Part shown: positions 63,183 through 64,000 of the stretch, piece by piece
How positions within the stretch are numbered: the first letter of the stretch is position 1
Layout of the letters: each line of letters opens with the position of its first letter
Assembly (NCBI GenBank): GCA_052034405.1
Contig: JBPOIO010000023.1
Span: forward strand, 15,340-79,339
Direction: 5' to 3'
DNA: 64,000 nt
Source: Candidatus Magasanikiibacteriota bacterium
Lineage (GTDB): Bacteria > Patescibacteriota > Patescibacteriia > Magasanikbacterales > UBA922
Notes under the pieces: generated by a model
What the model was told of the DNA's origin: nothing
Database searches by the model: none
The model's input: the letters and a program-made list of their open reading frames with translations, nothing else
Position numbers and translations under genes: made by a program

Positions 63183-63974
63183 ATGTCACTTGTTTTTGCC
63201 GGACTTACCCCACACCCACCGCTTCTTATTGAAAATATCGGAAAAGAAAATTTGAATAAACTCAAAAATACAAAAGAAGCCCTTGAGCGACTTGAAGAAG
63301 AACTCTACCTTTCACATCCTCAAGTATTATTTGTTATTTCACCTCATGAAGGAATTCACGAAAGAGCTTTTGTTATCAATGTACATGAAAACTTTACATC
63401 CAATTTTGAAGAATTTGGCGACCTTGTCACAACAAAAACATGGATGAGTGCTGGAGACTTTGGGGCTCGTATTGCACACGAAGGACAAAAATTTCACTTG
63501 CCTATTCGTCTTATCAACGAAGAAAAAATTCGTTATGGAGCCACTATACCGCTTCATTATTTGACAGCACATTTACCCAATATAAAAATTGTACCTATTG
63601 GATACAGTGGACTTTCTACCAAAGATCATATGGCTTTTGGAGAACTTCTCAAAGAAATTATTTTGCTCTCTGGAAAACGCATTGCAGTCATTGCCAGTGG
63701 TGATATGTCACATTGTATGAGCAAAAAATCTCCCATGCCCTATAATCCAAAAGGAAAAGAATTTGATGAAACACTCCAAACACTTCTTCATACTCGAAAT
63801 ACTCTCGGCATTAGTCAAATTGACACAACACTTATTGAACAAGCTCAAGAGTGTTGCTACAAGTCCCTTCTTATACTCCTTGGAATTCTCAAAAATGTAG
63901 ATTATCAATTTGAAAATTATTGCTACGAACATCCATTTGGTGTTGGATACCTGACTGGAAATTTTAGATTATAG
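63183..63974 (+). CDS. LigB/MEMO1-family (AmmeMemoRadiSam B-like) protein
   Basis: PHPP, ISPH, ASGD.SH, YE.PFGVGY. Confidence 0.82.
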   Translation: MSLVFAGLTPHPPLLIENIGKENLNKLKNTKEALERLEEELYLSHPQVLFVISPHEGIHERAFVINVHENFTSNFEEFGDLVTTKTWMSAGDFGARIAHEGQKFHLPIRLINEEKIRYGATIPLHYLTAHLPNIKIVPIGYSGLSTKDHMAFGELLKEIILLSGKRIAVIASGDMSHCMSKKSPMPYNPKGKEFDETLQTLLHTRNTLGISQIDTTLIEQAQECCYKSLLILLGILKNVDYQFENYCYEHPFGVGYLTGNFRL

Positions 63975-64000
63975 AGTATTGAAAATAGTTTTTATGGAAC

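Noticed and set aside
1-64000. CRISPR arrays, tRNA/rRNA genes, transposases, integrases
   Set aside because: No regularly spaced direct repeats, cloverleaf/T-loop signatures or recombinase/transposase ORFs were seen by eye

Overview
Gene-dense, AT-rich (~36% GC by eye) chromosomal segment that looks like a Patescibacteria/CPR genome, probably ABY1/Magasanikbacteria-like. This taxonomy is an inference from gene content, the lack of Shine-Dalgarno sites on host genes, and DUF4012-, DUF8128- and Elp3-type genes. It carries housekeeping genes (typA, proS, mreBCD-mrdA, greA, lysS, serS, secA-secD-secF, glyA, frr, pyrH, holB, rsmI) and two atypical cell-wall clusters. Gene orientation converges at ~22 kb on a symmetric 28-bp dif-like site, the probable replication terminus. 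Highlights: (1) an unannotated 54-aa LysW-like zinc-ribbon carrier protein ending in -DEGK, sharing a bidirectional promoter with a PLP enzyme, inside a cluster with an ATP-grasp ligase, NlpC/P60, divergent MraY, ATE/Bpt-like transferase and Mpl-like ligase; (2) Elp3 and a Trm9/ALKBH8-like methyltransferase placed head-to-head with adjacent ATGs, suggesting a eukaryote-like mcm5U34 pathway in a bacterium; (3) three GC-rich orphan genes, each with its own promoter, SD and terminal hairpins; (4) a short 6S-like RNA; (5) SecD with inserted parvulin domains. No tRNA, rRNA, CRISPR array or transposase was seen.
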